64,000 nucleotides of DNA from an uncultured Mycoplasmatota bacterium (GCA_946494015.1 CAMMBL010000001.1:1699-65698); one strand, 5' to 3'; positions 22,292 through 32,398 are shown, counted from the stretch's first letter. Numbers and translations: made by a program. The notes: a model not told the origin generated them from the sequence alone.

Positions 22292-22824
22292 ATGAAAAGT
22301 AAAAATTTAAATGACCAATTAAAAGATTTGGAAGAAATTCTATTTAAAAATGAAATTTTAAAAGAAGTATTAAAACGTTTAGAAAAATCTAATTTAAAAA
22401 ATTATTATGAGGAGCTGGATGTATTAACCAAACTGTCTTTAACTATCTTCACGGGTTTAGGATAGATGCTAATATAAATGACTATGATATTGTCTATTAT
22501 GATGAAGATACCTCTTATGAAAAAGAAGATATAGTTATTAAATATGTAGAAAAATTATTAAGTGATTTAAATATAAAACTAGATATAAAAAACGAAGCAA
22601 GAGTGCATTTGTGGTATAACAAAAAATATAATGATACCAGAAAACCCTATCTAAGTTTAGAAGATGCTATTGCAAGATGGGGAACTACTATAACTTGTAT
22701 AGGAGTAAGACTTGATAATAATAAATTAATAGTAGATGCACCATATGGTCTTAATGATTTGTTTAATATGGTAATAAGACCAGTAAAGACAGATTTTACT
22801 GAAGATGATTATATAAAAAGGTAA
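22292..22824 (+). pseudogene. PF06042-like nucleotidyltransferase family protein with a frameshift near 22408-22411
   Basis: N-terminal frame 22292..22465 ends ...NYYEELDV*. A second frame from 22411 reads GAGCINQTVFNYLHGF...RVHLWYNKKY... to 22824. A 1-nt indel joins them. Confidence 0.5.
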
Positions 22825-22882
22825 ATAAATGGAAAAAGAATTGGCCAAAATTAACAATAATACCTTGGAAAGAGGAGGACTT

Positions 22883-23893
22883 ATGATATATCCAAAATTT
22901 TTAAAAGGAAAAGATACTATTGGTGTAACCGCACCATCTGATGGTATTACTGATGAAGTTAAACTTAAAAGATTGGATAATGCTATTAAAAACTTTAAAG
23001 AATACGGTTTTAATATAAAAGAAACCCCTAATGTTAGATGTAGTATTAAAGGAAGAAGTAGTACTAGTAAGGAAAGAGCAAGAGAACTAGAATGTCTTTA
23101 TAAAGATAAAAACGTTAAAACAATTATTACATCAGGTGGAGGAGATTTCTTACTTGAAATGTTAAGTGAAGTAGATTTTAATATTATTAAAGATAATCCT
23201 AAATGGTTACAAGGTTATTCTGACCCAACAGGACTATTATTTACAATTACAACTAATCTAGATATTGCTACTATCTATGCTGATAATTTCAAATCATTTG
23301 GAATGGAGCCATGGCATCAATCTTTAGAAAATAATTTAGAAATATTAAAAGGAAATATTATAGAGCAAAAAAGTTTTTCTAAATATGAAGAAGATAAAAA
23401 ATTAATAACAGGGTTAGAACCTTTTAACTTAACAAAGAAGGTCTATTGGAAAAACTTAAACAAAGAAGAAGTTATTAGCATTAAAGGAAGAATGATTGGA
23501 GGTTGTCTTGATGTAATTACAGATCTTTTTGGTACAAGATTTGATAATACTAAAGCTTTTTTGGAAAAATATAAAGATGATGGCATTATTTGGTACTTTG
23601 ATGTTTGTGAGTTATCTAGTGAATCTATTATTAGAATTCTTTGGAAACTTAAAGATAATGGCTATTTTAAATATACGAAAGGAATACTTTTTAGTAGAAT
23701 TTTTGCTTGTAATAGTTATTATGATATTTCTTATGAAGAAGCAATTTATAACTCTTTAAAAGATTTAAATATACCTATAATCATAAATACAGATATAGGT
23801 CATATTGCTCCTAGAATGACAATAATAAACGGTGCAGTCTCTACAATTATTTCTTCTAATGGTAAAGGAAAAATAAAATTTGAATTAAAATAA
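22883..23893 (+). CDS. LD-carboxypeptidase, peptidase S66 family (LdcA/MccF-like). ATG 22883 after AGAGGAGGA; track start 22829.
   Basis: IGVTAPSDG and GYSDPTGLL motifs; C-terminal His region. Confidence 0.78.
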   Translation: MIYPKFLKGKDTIGVTAPSDGITDEVKLKRLDNAIKNFKEYGFNIKETPNVRCSIKGRSSTSKERARELECLYKDKNVKTIITSGGGDFLLEMLSEVDFNIIKDNPKWLQGYSDPTGLLFTITTNLDIATIYADNFKSFGMEPWHQSLENNLEILKGNIIEQKSFSKYEEDKKLITGLEPFNLTKKVYWKNLNKEEVISIKGRMIGGCLDVITDLFGTRFDNTKAFLEKYKDDGIIWYFDVCELSSESIIRILWKLKDNGYFKYTKGILFSRIFACNSYYDISYEEAIYNSLKDLNIPIIINTDIGHIAPRMTIINGAVSTIISSNGKGKIKFELK

Positions 23894-24052
23894 AGGAGTA
23901 GAAATACTAAAACTATCGCAGTAGAATATTAGAAACAACTAATCTATCATATACAGATAAATTGAAAAGAAAAAACTATATTTTGAAGAAACAAAATTAA
24001 TAGATAATAAATATAGTGACTATTTACCAATACTAATAACATTTGAAATATA

Positions 24053-24087
24053 AAAAGTTATTCCAATGCACTGGAATAACTTTTTAG
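24053..24087. terminator. Bidirectional terminator between convergent genes
   Basis: AAAAGTTATTCCA-gtgca-TGGAATAACTTTTT, a 13-bp perfect stem. Confidence 0.7.
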
Positions 24088-25377
24088 TTATCTTTTAATA
24101 TTCTTAAGTTTATGATAAAGAGCATAACTAATCTTATAAGTATGATACCAAAAAGGACTAATAATAAGATCAAATTCTCCAATTAATTCTACTACTTGAC
24201 CACCAAAACTTTTCTTAAATAAATAAAGTCCAAGTAAAGGATTATTAGGACTAAAATCACCTGTAATACCATAAAAATTATATGTATCATAACCATTTTC
24301 TATAGCATACTTAACACCAGCGAAATGAAGGGTATAAGCTGATTGAAAACTCATAAGTTCGGCTTTAGAACCACCATAAAGTGATAATACTTCCTTACCA
24401 TAAATTAGAAATAAAATACCACCTAAAATTGGCTTCTTTCCATATTTTTCTTTCATATCATAAGCTTTTTCAATATTCTTTTTTAATCTTTTAATTTCAT
24501 TCTTTTCAAATTCTTGTTTACTATGATATTTTTTCTCATTCATTGGAATAGTTTTATCTTCATATTTTTCTCTACGTTCCCTAATAGAAGCTTCTAATGC
24601 TTCAATTTCTTTTTTGGTATCATTAATCTCCTCATCAAAATCAATTTCAGCGATCAATATCTTTAAAATACCATCATCATGTAAACTATCCCACATATGT
24701 TCATAATAAGATAAAGGTCTATCAATAAATTCTCGTCTTTCTCCAGTATGTTGCATAATATCTTTAAAAATAGGTAATTCATACTTTGTAATCTCTCTAA
24801 CCTTTACTCCTAGTCTTTCATTTTTCCTTAGAATTTGTCTAGTTTTAGGATCCATATCCTTCATAATATCATCAATACTTTTATTTTTAACTGTAATTGT
24901 ATGCATCCATCTAGGTTGTAATGTATCTTGCATTAAGTTAAAGCCAAAGTGTTTGTAACCTAATTTCTTTAAATTAATTACTGTATCACTATTATCAATT
25001 CCTTTAACTACTAAATTACCATCAATATCTCTTTGTTTATACATAACATAAGGATCAATCTTAATAAAAATACCATCCTTACTTTTAACGAACTTCTTAA
25101 CTTCTTCTGTAAACGTTTTTAATAAATTATAGTCATGATAATCAATTAAAAAACCTCTAGGAGAATAAAACATATATTTCTTTACTATAGGTACTTTTTT
25201 AGCTAATAATAAGGCTCCAGCTTTAATTTCATCATTATCAAATAATCCAATAACATAATGATCCCATCCATTATATTTTTTTAATTTTGCCCAACCTTTA
25301 GTTTGATGAAAAGTCGCTTCATCAGTACTTAAAGCAAAATTTTCTAATTGTTCAAAACTAATCTCTTTTAATTTCAT
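24088..25377 (-). CDS. FemAB-family peptidoglycan branch transferase (third paralog)
   Basis: 429 aa; FemAB-like. Confidence 0.8.
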   Translation of the reverse strand: MKLKEISFEQLENFALSTDEATFHQTKGWAKLKKYNGWDHYVIGLFDNDEIKAGALLLAKKVPIVKKYMFYSPRGFLIDYHDYNLLKTFTEEVKKFVKSKDGIFIKIDPYVMYKQRDIDGNLVVKGIDNSDTVINLKKLGYKHFGFNLMQDTLQPRWMHTITVKNKSIDDIMKDMDPKTRQILRKNERLGVKVREITKYELPIFKDIMQHTGERREFIDRPLSYYEHMWDSLHDDGILKILIAEIDFDEEINDTKKEIEALEASIRERREKYEDKTIPMNEKKYHSKQEFEKNEIKRLKKNIEKAYDMKEKYGKKPILGGILFLIYGKEVLSLYGGSKAELMSFQSAYTLHFAGVKYAIENGYDTYNFYGITGDFSPNNPLLGLYLFKKSFGGQVVELIGEFDLIISPFWYHTYKISYALYHKLKNIKR

Positions 25378-26668
25378 CTTTAAGTTCCTTCTTCTTTCTA
25401 TTCTTTATCATATTTCTATATAGAGGTACCGCCTTTGTAAAAGCCAAATAGTAAATAGGCTTAATTACATAATCAAACTCTCCCATAAACTCTATATAAT
25501 CTCCCCCAAACTTCTTTTTAAACTCATGAAGCCCAAGACGCGGATTATCTTTAGATAAATCACCAATAGTTCCAAATTGATCATATATTTTTAAACCTCT
25601 ATTTTTACAAAATTTTAAATGCTCATAATAAGTATGATAATTAACATAAGTTTCTGATAAAATATTATGATTCCCAGCATAAAGCACCCAAGCTTTATCC
25701 CCATATTCTAAAATCATATGTGCTGATAGTGTAACTTCTTTACCATATTCATCTAAATAAGTAGAATACTTTGCAATCTCTTTATTTAAACTTTCTTGTT
25801 GTCTTGATAATTCTTTAAGTTTATTTTTAGCACTTTTTGATAAATTTTCTTTAGGTAGTTCATCAATTTTTGTTATAACCGTATTTAAATTATCTTTTAA
25901 AACTTCTAAACTTTCTTCGATATCAACTTTACCTAAAAATAAAGTAGCTTTATTATCTTCATTAAATAATTTATATAAAGTTTTATAATAATCAAGGTTA
26001 TAAGATACAAAATCTTTTCTTTCTTCAGTTAGCATCATTAAATGATAAAAAGTAGGTAAATCTTTTTCTGTTCCTATTTCCACTTTAGTTTTAAGTTTAA
26101 TAGATTTTGCAATTCTTTGTTTTGTCGTTTTAGAAAAATGATTCTCTATATCTTCCATATCTTGAGACAAATCAATTCTAAAAGTATATCTTGGTTGCAT
26201 AGTTTCAAAATTTTTTGTAAAGCCTAAATGTTTAAATCCTAATCTCAATAACTCGTTATATATTTTTTTCTCCTTACATTCTCCTTCTTTAATTTCCCCT
26301 TTATAATTTTCACTTTTCCAAATAATATCAGGATCGATTTTTACATAAATTGCTTTCTTTCTTTTAGCAAACTTTACAATTTCTTCTGTAAATTTATCTA
26401 ATACTTCAAAGTCATTAAAATTAAGGACAAAACCTCTTGGGGCATATAAATAACATAATCCTAAAGGCAAAGTCTTCTTTAACAGCAATGTAGCTGCTTT
26501 TACATCATCGTTATCTACTAATCCTAAATAATAAGGTGTCAAGTTACGTCTATTTTTAGCAAGTTCACCCCAATCATATGATTGTAAAAAATGACTTTTA
26601 TAAGGATTGTTTTTTACAAAGTTTTCATACTCATTTTTATCCAATACTTTAAGTTCCATATCTATCAC
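25358..26668 (-). CDS. FemAB-family peptidoglycan branch transferase (fourth paralog; overlaps the preceding gene by 20 nt)
   Basis: 436 aa; FemAB-like. Confidence 0.8.
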   Translation of the reverse strand: MIDMELKVLDKNEYENFVKNNPYKSHFLQSYDWGELAKNRRNLTPYYLGLVDNDDVKAATLLLKKTLPLGLCYLYAPRGFVLNFNDFEVLDKFTEEIVKFAKRKKAIYVKIDPDIIWKSENYKGEIKEGECKEKKIYNELLRLGFKHLGFTKNFETMQPRYTFRIDLSQDMEDIENHFSKTTKQRIAKSIKLKTKVEIGTEKDLPTFYHLMMLTEERKDFVSYNLDYYKTLYKLFNEDNKATLFLGKVDIEESLEVLKDNLNTVITKIDELPKENLSKSAKNKLKELSRQQESLNKEIAKYSTYLDEYGKEVTLSAHMILEYGDKAWVLYAGNHNILSETYVNYHTYYEHLKFCKNRGLKIYDQFGTIGDLSKDNPRLGLHEFKKKFGGDYIEFMGEFDYVIKPIYYLAFTKAVPLYRNMIKNRKKKELKDEIKRD

Positions 26669-26740
26669 ACCTTTAACTATTAAAAGTATAATTTATTTAA
26701 CAATAACTGTCAATTTTAGTATAGCCTAAAAACAAAAAAA

Positions 26741-26768
26741 TATAAAATAAAAAAGAGCTTTAAGCTCT
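26741..26768 (-). terminator. Rho-independent terminator of the 26769 gene
   Basis: AAAGAGCTT-aa-AGCTCTTT plus T-run on the minus strand. Confidence 0.6.
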
Positions 26769-27020
26769 TTACATCATATATTTATCATTACTATTTCCAT
26801 ATCCTGTAGTTTGACTATCAAATTGTCTAGGTGTAATCATCGCTGATTCAATTCTATTAACACGATTTTCTAATCTTCTAAGTTGTCTTTCAAGACGATT
26901 AACTTGATTTTCTAAACTATTAAGTCTTTGATTCATATTACTATTAGGGAAATTAGGACCAGGTCCCATTCCTTGATTCATATTAGGGTTCATTGGCCAC
27001 ATAGGCATACCTTGATTCAT
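26769..27020 (-). CDS. Small N/Q/M/P-rich protein with C-terminal coiled coil; possibly a spore-associated structural protein
   Basis: MNQGMPMWPMNPNMNQGMGPGPNF... then heptad-like repeats LENQVNRLERQLRRLENRVNRIE. Start uncertain (27020, 27029 or 27056). Confidence 0.45.
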   Translation of the reverse strand: MNQGMPMWPMNPNMNQGMGPGPNFPNSNMNQRLNSLENQVNRLERQLRRLENRVNRIESAMITPRQFDSQTTGYGNSNDKYMM

Positions 27021-27105
27021 TTTTTTCATCCTCTCTTTCAAGATATTATATTCCAAACATATTAATTTTATGATAAACTATTGTGTATGACTTGGAGGTA
27101 AAATT

Positions 27106-27732
27106 ATGCGACTTAGAAATGTCAAAAATAAAACAGAAATTTTAAACAATTGCAATTATTTAATAAAAGATCCTAAAAATTATAAAGGTAAATGGCATGA
27201 ACTATTTAATAATAAAAATAAAATATACTTAGAAATAGGTATGGGAAAAGGGAACTTCTTAATAAAAAATGCTTTAAAAAATAAAGATATTAATTATATT
27301 GGAATTGAAAAATTTGATAGTGTTTTAGCTAAAGCGATAAAAAAAATACCGTCTGATTTATCTAATCTTTATATAATTAGAGGTGATGCTTTAGAAGTTG
27401 ATAATATGTTTTTTAAAGAAATAGATAAAATATATTTAAATTTTTCAGATCCTTGGCCTAAGGAAAGATGGCATAAAAGAAGACTTACTAGCCCAATTTT
27501 TCTATCTAAATATGAAAACATCTTTAAAAATACTAAAAGAATAGAGATGAAAACAGATAATGAAGATTTATTTATCTACTCACTTGAAACATTAAGTCAT
27601 AATAACTATGCTTTAAGTGATATCTCATTTAATTATCATAAGACACATACTGATATTATCATGAGTGAATATGAAGAAAAATTTCAAAAAGAGGGGAAAA
27701 ATGTCTATCATCTTTTTGCGGAAAAGAAGTGA
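27106..27732 (+). CDS. trmB: tRNA (guanine-N7)-methyltransferase
   Basis: 208 aa; TrmB-like motifs (YLEIGMGKG..., DPWPK). Confidence 0.88.
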   Translation: MRLRNVKNKTEILNNCNYLIKDPKNYKGKWHELFNNKNKIYLEIGMGKGNFLIKNALKNKDINYIGIEKFDSVLAKAIKKIPSDLSNLYIIRGDALEVDNMFFKEIDKIYLNFSDPWPKERWHKRRLTSPIFLSKYENIFKNTKRIEMKTDNEDLFIYSLETLSHNNYALSDISFNYHKTHTDIIMSEYEEKFQKEGKNVYHLFAEKK

Positions 27733-27781
27733 CAAAGTATAAATTAATTTGTTATAATAATATAAGAGTAGGTGTTGCATA

Positions 27782-28453
27782 TTGAAAAAGAAAATATTTA
27801 TATTAACCTTATTAATGTTAACTATAACAGGATGTACTAATCTTAATAATCAAAGTTTAGATGAACTAACAGATACCTTATTATCAAATAAAACTAAACT
27901 AACTAATAATGTCTTTGAAGGATATAAATATTATATTCCAAAAGGCCTAAGATTAATTACTAAGGATGAGTATAATGCTAGTTTTTTAGATGAATATAAT
28001 AATCAATATTATTTTTATATTGATGTTATAAGTTACTATAATAAAGAACCTACAGATTATAAACCTAATAATAAAGCCTACTTTTCAAAAAGCCTTGATT
28101 ATAATAATAAAAAAGGCTATATAGAAATTAACAAAGTAAATAATGAATATTTTATAGAATACATGTACAATTATGGTAAAATAGAAGCTTTTGTTAAAGA
28201 AAATGAAATAGAAAGTGCTATTATAAATATGAGTAGTATTTTATCATCTTTAAAATTTAACAGAACAATATTAGAAACCATAATTGGTAATAAAGTTTTA
28301 AATTATAAAGAGAATACTTATAATGTAATGAAACCAAAAGGTAGTAAGGCTACTAAAGATACTTATCTTGAATATGAAGAAAAATATGGTATTTATGAAG
28401 GTTATGGAGATAACAATCAAGAAGAAGATAAAATAGAAATAGAAGAAAACTAA
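27782..28453 (+). CDS. Lipoprotein, function unknown (TTG start)
   Basis: Signal peptide with lipobox LTITGC. Confidence 0.55.
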   Translation: MKKKIFILTLLMLTITGCTNLNNQSLDELTDTLLSNKTKLTNNVFEGYKYYIPKGLRLITKDEYNASFLDEYNNQYYFYIDVISYYNKEPTDYKPNNKAYFSKSLDYNNKKGYIEINKVNNEYFIEYMYNYGKIEAFVKENEIESAIINMSSILSSLKFNRTILETIIGNKVLNYKENTYNVMKPKGSKATKDTYLEYEEKYGIYEGYGDNNQEEDKIEIEEN

Positions 28454-28471
28454 GAAAGGTGGTGTCTAGCT

Positions 28472-29440
28472 ATGAAATTGCTAGATAAGCTAAAAAATGC
28501 GCTTTTTGAAGAAGAATATGTTGAAGTAGAAGAAAAGAAAGAAGTAAAGAAAAAGGAAAAACCAATTGCTAAAAAGATAATCGTTGATGAACCTAAAATT
28601 AAAAAGTCTGAGAAAAAAGAAGATGTTGTTGTTGAAGAAGAAAAAGAAGAAGTTTCTAATACAAATAAAGACTTTAAGTTTAAAGCTATCTTAGATGATG
28701 ACTTTATTGACTTAGATAAGCCAAAAAAACCGGAACCAAAAAACAATCCAGAATTATTAATAAAAGAAAAACCAAAATTAGAAAAGAAGAAAGAAAAAAT
28801 AACCACATCTTTTTATGAACCTGAAATACCTAAAAGTAAACCATATGGTAATACTAAAGAACCTGATATAAAAATGCATGAATATGGTAGTGCATCTAAA
28901 CAAAAAGAAAAGAAAGTTTTTCATCCTTCACCAATTATTTCACCAATTTATGGCGTTTTAGATCAAAATTACAAAAAAGATGAAATTTCGACCAAAAAAG
29001 AAGTTATAATAACAAGTAGTTATAAATCAAAAAATATAGATGTAGATAGTGTTCGAGCTAAAGCTTATGGAAATGCTGATGATATATTTGAAGAAGAATT
29101 AACGTCTAATAAAAAAGAAGAAAAAGATCATTTAGATGATGATGAACTTACAACTGAAGAAAGTGATATGATTAAAGAAGAAGATAGCTTATTAGATATT
29201 AGTGCTAATAATACCCCATCAGTTTCCAAAGTAACAATGGGGGATGCTGAAGAATATTATAGTGATTTAGGATTAGAATATAATATTGACTATAAAGATG
29301 CTTCTCATGAAAGAGCAACAGGTAGAAGAACAGATTTAAAAAACTTTAAAGATGATGACTATCAAAAAGATGAAGCAAGTATAGAAGAAAATTTATTTGA
29401 TTTAATAGATTCAATGTATGATGAAAAGAAAGGAGAATAA
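28472..29440 (+). CDS. Lysine/glutamate-rich low-complexity protein, function unknown
   Basis: 322 aa; long KE-rich stretches. Confidence 0.5.
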   Translation: MKLLDKLKNALFEEEYVEVEEKKEVKKKEKPIAKKIIVDEPKIKKSEKKEDVVVEEEKEEVSNTNKDFKFKAILDDDFIDLDKPKKPEPKNNPELLIKEKPKLEKKKEKITTSFYEPEIPKSKPYGNTKEPDIKMHEYGSASKQKEKKVFHPSPIISPIYGVLDQNYKKDEISTKKEVIITSSYKSKNIDVDSVRAKAYGNADDIFEEELTSNKKEEKDHLDDDELTTEESDMIKEEDSLLDISANNTPSVSKVTMGDAEEYYSDLGLEYNIDYKDASHERATGRRTDLKNFKDDDYQKDEASIEENLFDLIDSMYDEKKGE

Positions 29441-29443
29441 AAA

Positions 29444-29716
29444 GTGGAATTTTTAGGAGTCATTTTGGATAGTCTATTAATAGTATTAGTAATTATTTTA
29501 ATTATCCTATCCTTAAAAGCTTTAGAAACTTTGACTAAATTAAATAATATTTTAGATAATACTAAAAAGAAGTTAGAAAGTTTAGATAATGCTTTTAATT
29601 TTATGGATGCAGTTAGTGATAAATTAACTATAGTTACTGATACCGTAATCAGTAGTATAGTAGGATTTATAAATGGATTATTAAAAAAGAAAAAGGAGGA
29701 AAATATTGATGAGTAA
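29444..29716 (+). CDS. DUF948/YtxG-like small membrane-anchored protein
   Basis: N-terminal TM then helical region; paired with a YtxH-like gene as in Bacillus ytxGH. Confidence 0.45.
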   Translation: MEFLGVILDSLLIVLVIILIILSLKALETLTKLNNILDNTKKKLESLDNAFNFMDAVSDKLTIVTDTVISSIVGFINGLLKKKKEENIDE

Positions 29717-30131
29717 AAAAAGTAATGTAGGAAAATTTATAGCTGGAGCAGCTATTGGAGCAGGTCTTGGAATTTTATTTGCTCCTAAAAAAGGTAGTGA
29801 AACAAGAAAGGATTTAAAAGAAAAAATAGATAATGTTATTTCAAATATTAAATCTGTAGATGCTGAAGATGTAAAGGTAATGTTTGAAGATAAAGTTGAA
29901 GAAATTAAAGCTGAACTTGAAGATTTAGATAAAGAAAAGGCTATAAAAATAGCTAAGAAAAAAGGTGAAGAAATAAAGAAAAAGTGCCAAGATCTAGTAA
30001 ATTTAGCAGTAGCTAAAGGGACTCCAGTTTTAGAAAGTGCTGCTGAAGAATTAAGATTAAAAGCAATAGATGTTGTAAGTGATGTCTTAGAAAAGTTAGA
30101 ATCAAAAGAAAATAGTAAAAATAATGGCTAG
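29706..30131 (+). CDS. YtxH-like protein
   Basis: N-terminus GKFIAGAAIGAGLGILFAPKKGSETRKDLKEK. Confidence 0.6.
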   Translation: MMSKKSNVGKFIAGAAIGAGLGILFAPKKGSETRKDLKEKIDNVISNIKSVDAEDVKVMFEDKVEEIKAELEDLDKEKAIKIAKKKGEEIKKKCQDLVNLAVAKGTPVLESAAEELRLKAIDVVSDVLEKLESKENSKNNG

Positions 30132-30155
30132 GTAATTTTACCTAGTTTTTTTATA
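30125..30155 (+). terminator. Rho-independent terminator
   Basis: CTAGGTAA-tttt-ACCTAG then TTTTTTTAT. Confidence 0.6.
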
Positions 30156-30214
30156 AATATTGAATTTTTATGTATTGCTAAACGTATTTTCTATACAGTG
30201 CATTTAGTTGCTAA

Positions 30215-30439
30215 AGGGAGATTTTAAATATAAAAATATATATAGTATATAAATTTAGATTATATCAAACAGAAGAACAAATAATATTGATACATAAGAC
30301 TTTTGGATGTAGTCGTTTTGTTTATAACTATTATCTAAAATATCAAAAAGAAAATGAAGTACAGAAATCATTTAATTTATATAAAGATTTAAAGTTTAAT
30401 ATAGATAATGTTTTAAATAGAATAATAACAATTAAATAA
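30215..30439 (+). pseudogene. Remnant of an IS200/IS605-family TnpB (OrfB): N-terminal ~70 codons, no start codon
   Basis: Open frame reads ...KIYIVYKFRLYQTEEQIILIHKTFGCSRFVYNYYLKYQKENE...*, matching the TnpB N-terminal FRLYPT..Q..L...FGC.RFVYN..L signature. Confidence 0.5.
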
Positions 30440-30517
30440 ATTAGTATAGTAGTGACTATCAAAATTTAAGCTTATTTTATTTATGTTCAATATTTATAAA
30501 TAATACATAGAAACACT

Positions 30518-30546
30518 TGATTTTTTTTTAGTTTAATGTTATAATA
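30518..30546 (+). promoter_or_regulatory. Sigma-A-type promoter of the adhesin gene (TTGATT-17 nt-TATAAT)
   Basis: Sequence read directly. Confidence 0.5.
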
Positions 30547-30577
30547 TGGGCACAAAACAAATTGGGGGGATAATATT

Positions 30578-32398
30578 ATGAAACTTATAAAAACAAATAA
30601 ATTAAAATTTGGAATTATAACAATTCTTTTAATTGGTCTAAGTTTATTTGTATCTCTTAGTACTAATGCTGCATCAAGTGCACCTAAAACATTTACAGCT
30701 GATAGTGAAAAATTATTAACAGGATATATAAATAACTGGCATTATGCTAAATTAACTAGTAGTTTAGGTGGATATGTTTATTGTCAAGATTTCCATAAAG
30801 AAATACCTTATGGAGTAACAATGACCTTAACAGGAGAAGCTCCAGCTGGAATAGCTTACATCTTATCTAATGGTTTTCCAAATAAAAGCATAACTGGTGA
30901 TGCTGATAAAGATTATTATATAACACAAGCGGCTGTTTGGTGGTATTTAGATGAAACTGCTGGTACTAATAACTTACCTGATACTTTTAAAGTTACAGGA
31001 CCAGATTCATATAACTTAAGACAATATATTGTAAAATTAGTTAATGAAGGTAAGAAAATAACATCATATGCTAAACCAGCAATTCAATTAAATAATCAAG
31101 ATACATCACTACATTTAAGTGAAAATAAAAAATATTATGAATCAAATGCAATTAGTGTTAAAACATTATACACAACTGGTAATTATACAATTGCTTTAAG
31201 TAATGCACCAACAGGAACAACTGTAGTAAATGCTACAAGTGGATCTAAACAAACATCATTTAAACCAAGTGAAAGTTTTAAAGTTAGAATTCCTATTGAT
31301 AATGTAAAAGAAAATAGTGTTAATATTAAAATAACAGCGACAGCAACTGGTTCAATTAATAAAGCATATAAATATAAATCAAGTAATTCTGCCGCTCAAG
31401 ATGTAATAGGATCATTACTATATCCTGAAACATCAACTGTTAAAGATACAACAAATCTTACTCTTGAAACTAGTAAAGTAACTATTACAAAAATAGATGC
31501 TGATACTAATCAACCATTAAAAGGGGCTACCTTTGTATTAAAAGATAGTAGTGGCAAAGAAGTTGCTACTTGGACTTCAACAACAGATTCTCATATCATT
31601 AGAAACTTACCAAATGGAAAATATACCTTACAAGAAACTAAAGCACCAGATGGTTATACCTTAAATGATGAAGTAGTAACATTTACTATTAGTGATGATA
31701 ACCGCAATATTGCTATTCGTTTCAAAAATAAAGAAATTGAAAAAAATGCAACCATTATTAAAATTGATTCTGTTACTAAAAAACCAGTAGCGGGGGCAAC
31801 ACTTCTAGTAAGAGATAGTAGTGGTAAAGAAATAGCCAAATTTACAACTACTACTCAAGCTCATGTATTAGAAGATCTTGATAGTGGTACTTACACTGTA
31901 GAAGAATTAGAAGCACCAAAAGGTTATAAAAAGAGTGATGAAATATATAAATTTACAGTAAATAATACAAATCGTGATGTAACTGTTACTATCGAAAACC
32001 AACCAATCGATAAATTGGTTAATATCTTAAAAGTTGATGCTGCAACTAATCAACCATTACAAGGGGCTACCTTAGTTTTAAAAGATGGAACAGGAAATGT
32101 TATTGAGGAATTTGTAACAACAGAAGAAGCACATACAATTCTTAACCTTAAAGACGGAGAATACAGTGTTATAGAAAAAGAAGCACCAGATGGTTATAAG
32201 AAAAGTGATGAAATATATAAATTTACTATAAGTGATGAAAGCCCTACAGCATTAGTAGTATTTAAAAACTATGAAGAAGTAAAAGTACCATTCACTGGTA
32301 GTAATAAATCCCTAATAAGTACTTTATTTGGAAGCGTATTATTAATATCCGGAGTAGGATTCGTTTACTACAATGGCAAGAAACAAAAAACTAAATAA
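30578..32398 (+). CDS. Cell-wall-anchored adhesin: N-terminal thioester (TQxA) domain plus three CnaB/SpaA-type repeats
   Basis: Signal peptide; YVYCQD and ITQAAVWWY motifs (Cys-Gln thioester type); three ~160-aa repeats (TITKIDADTNQPLKGATFVLKD...APDGY...); C-terminal KVPFTGS then a hydrophobic stretch and NGKKQKTK tail. Confidence 0.8.
   Translation: MKLIKTNKLKFGIITILLIGLSLFVSLSTNAASSAPKTFTADSEKLLTGYINNWHYAKLTSSLGGYVYCQDFHKEIPYGVTMTLTGEAPAGIAYILSNGFPNKSITGDADKDYYITQAAVWWYLDETAGTNNLPDTFKVTGPDSYNLRQYIVKLVNEGKKITSYAKPAIQLNNQDTSLHLSENKKYYESNAISVKTLYTTGNYTIALSNAPTGTTVVNATSGSKQTSFKPSESFKVRIPIDNVKENSVNIKITATATGSINKAYKYKSSNSAAQDVIGSLLYPETSTVKDTTNLTLETSKVTITKIDADTNQPLKGATFVLKDSSGKEVATWTSTTDSHIIRNLPNGKYTLQETKAPDGYTLNDEVVTFTISDDNRNIAIRFKNKEIEKNATIIKIDSVTKKPVAGATLLVRDSSGKEIAKFTTTTQAHVLEDLDSGTYTVEELEAPKGYKKSDEIYKFTVNNTNRDVTVTIENQPIDKLVNILKVDAATNQPLQGATLVLKDGTGNVIEEFVTTEEAHTILNLKDGEYSVIEKEAPDGYKKSDEIYKFTISDESPTALVVFKNYEEVKVPFTGSNKSLISTLFGSVLLISGVGFVYYNGKKQKTK

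Noticed and set aside
22603-22824. Stand-alone 73-aa ORF
   Set aside because: It is the C-terminal frame of the frameshifted PF06042-like pseudogene, not an independent gene.
23529-23759. ORF in an alternate frame inside the LD-carboxypeptidase gene
   Set aside because: It overlaps a well-supported S66 peptidase gene; no independent evidence.
28450-28806. Minus-strand ORF antisense to the K/E-rich gene
   Set aside because: Mirror-image low-complexity (Ser/Phe-rich) translation of a poly-GAA/AAG coding region.
30578-32398. Three ~480-bp tandem repeats, considered as a possible CRISPR array or tandem-repeat array
   Set aside because: The repeats are in-frame protein domain repeats (CnaB-type) of the adhesin, with no short spacer/repeat periodicity.
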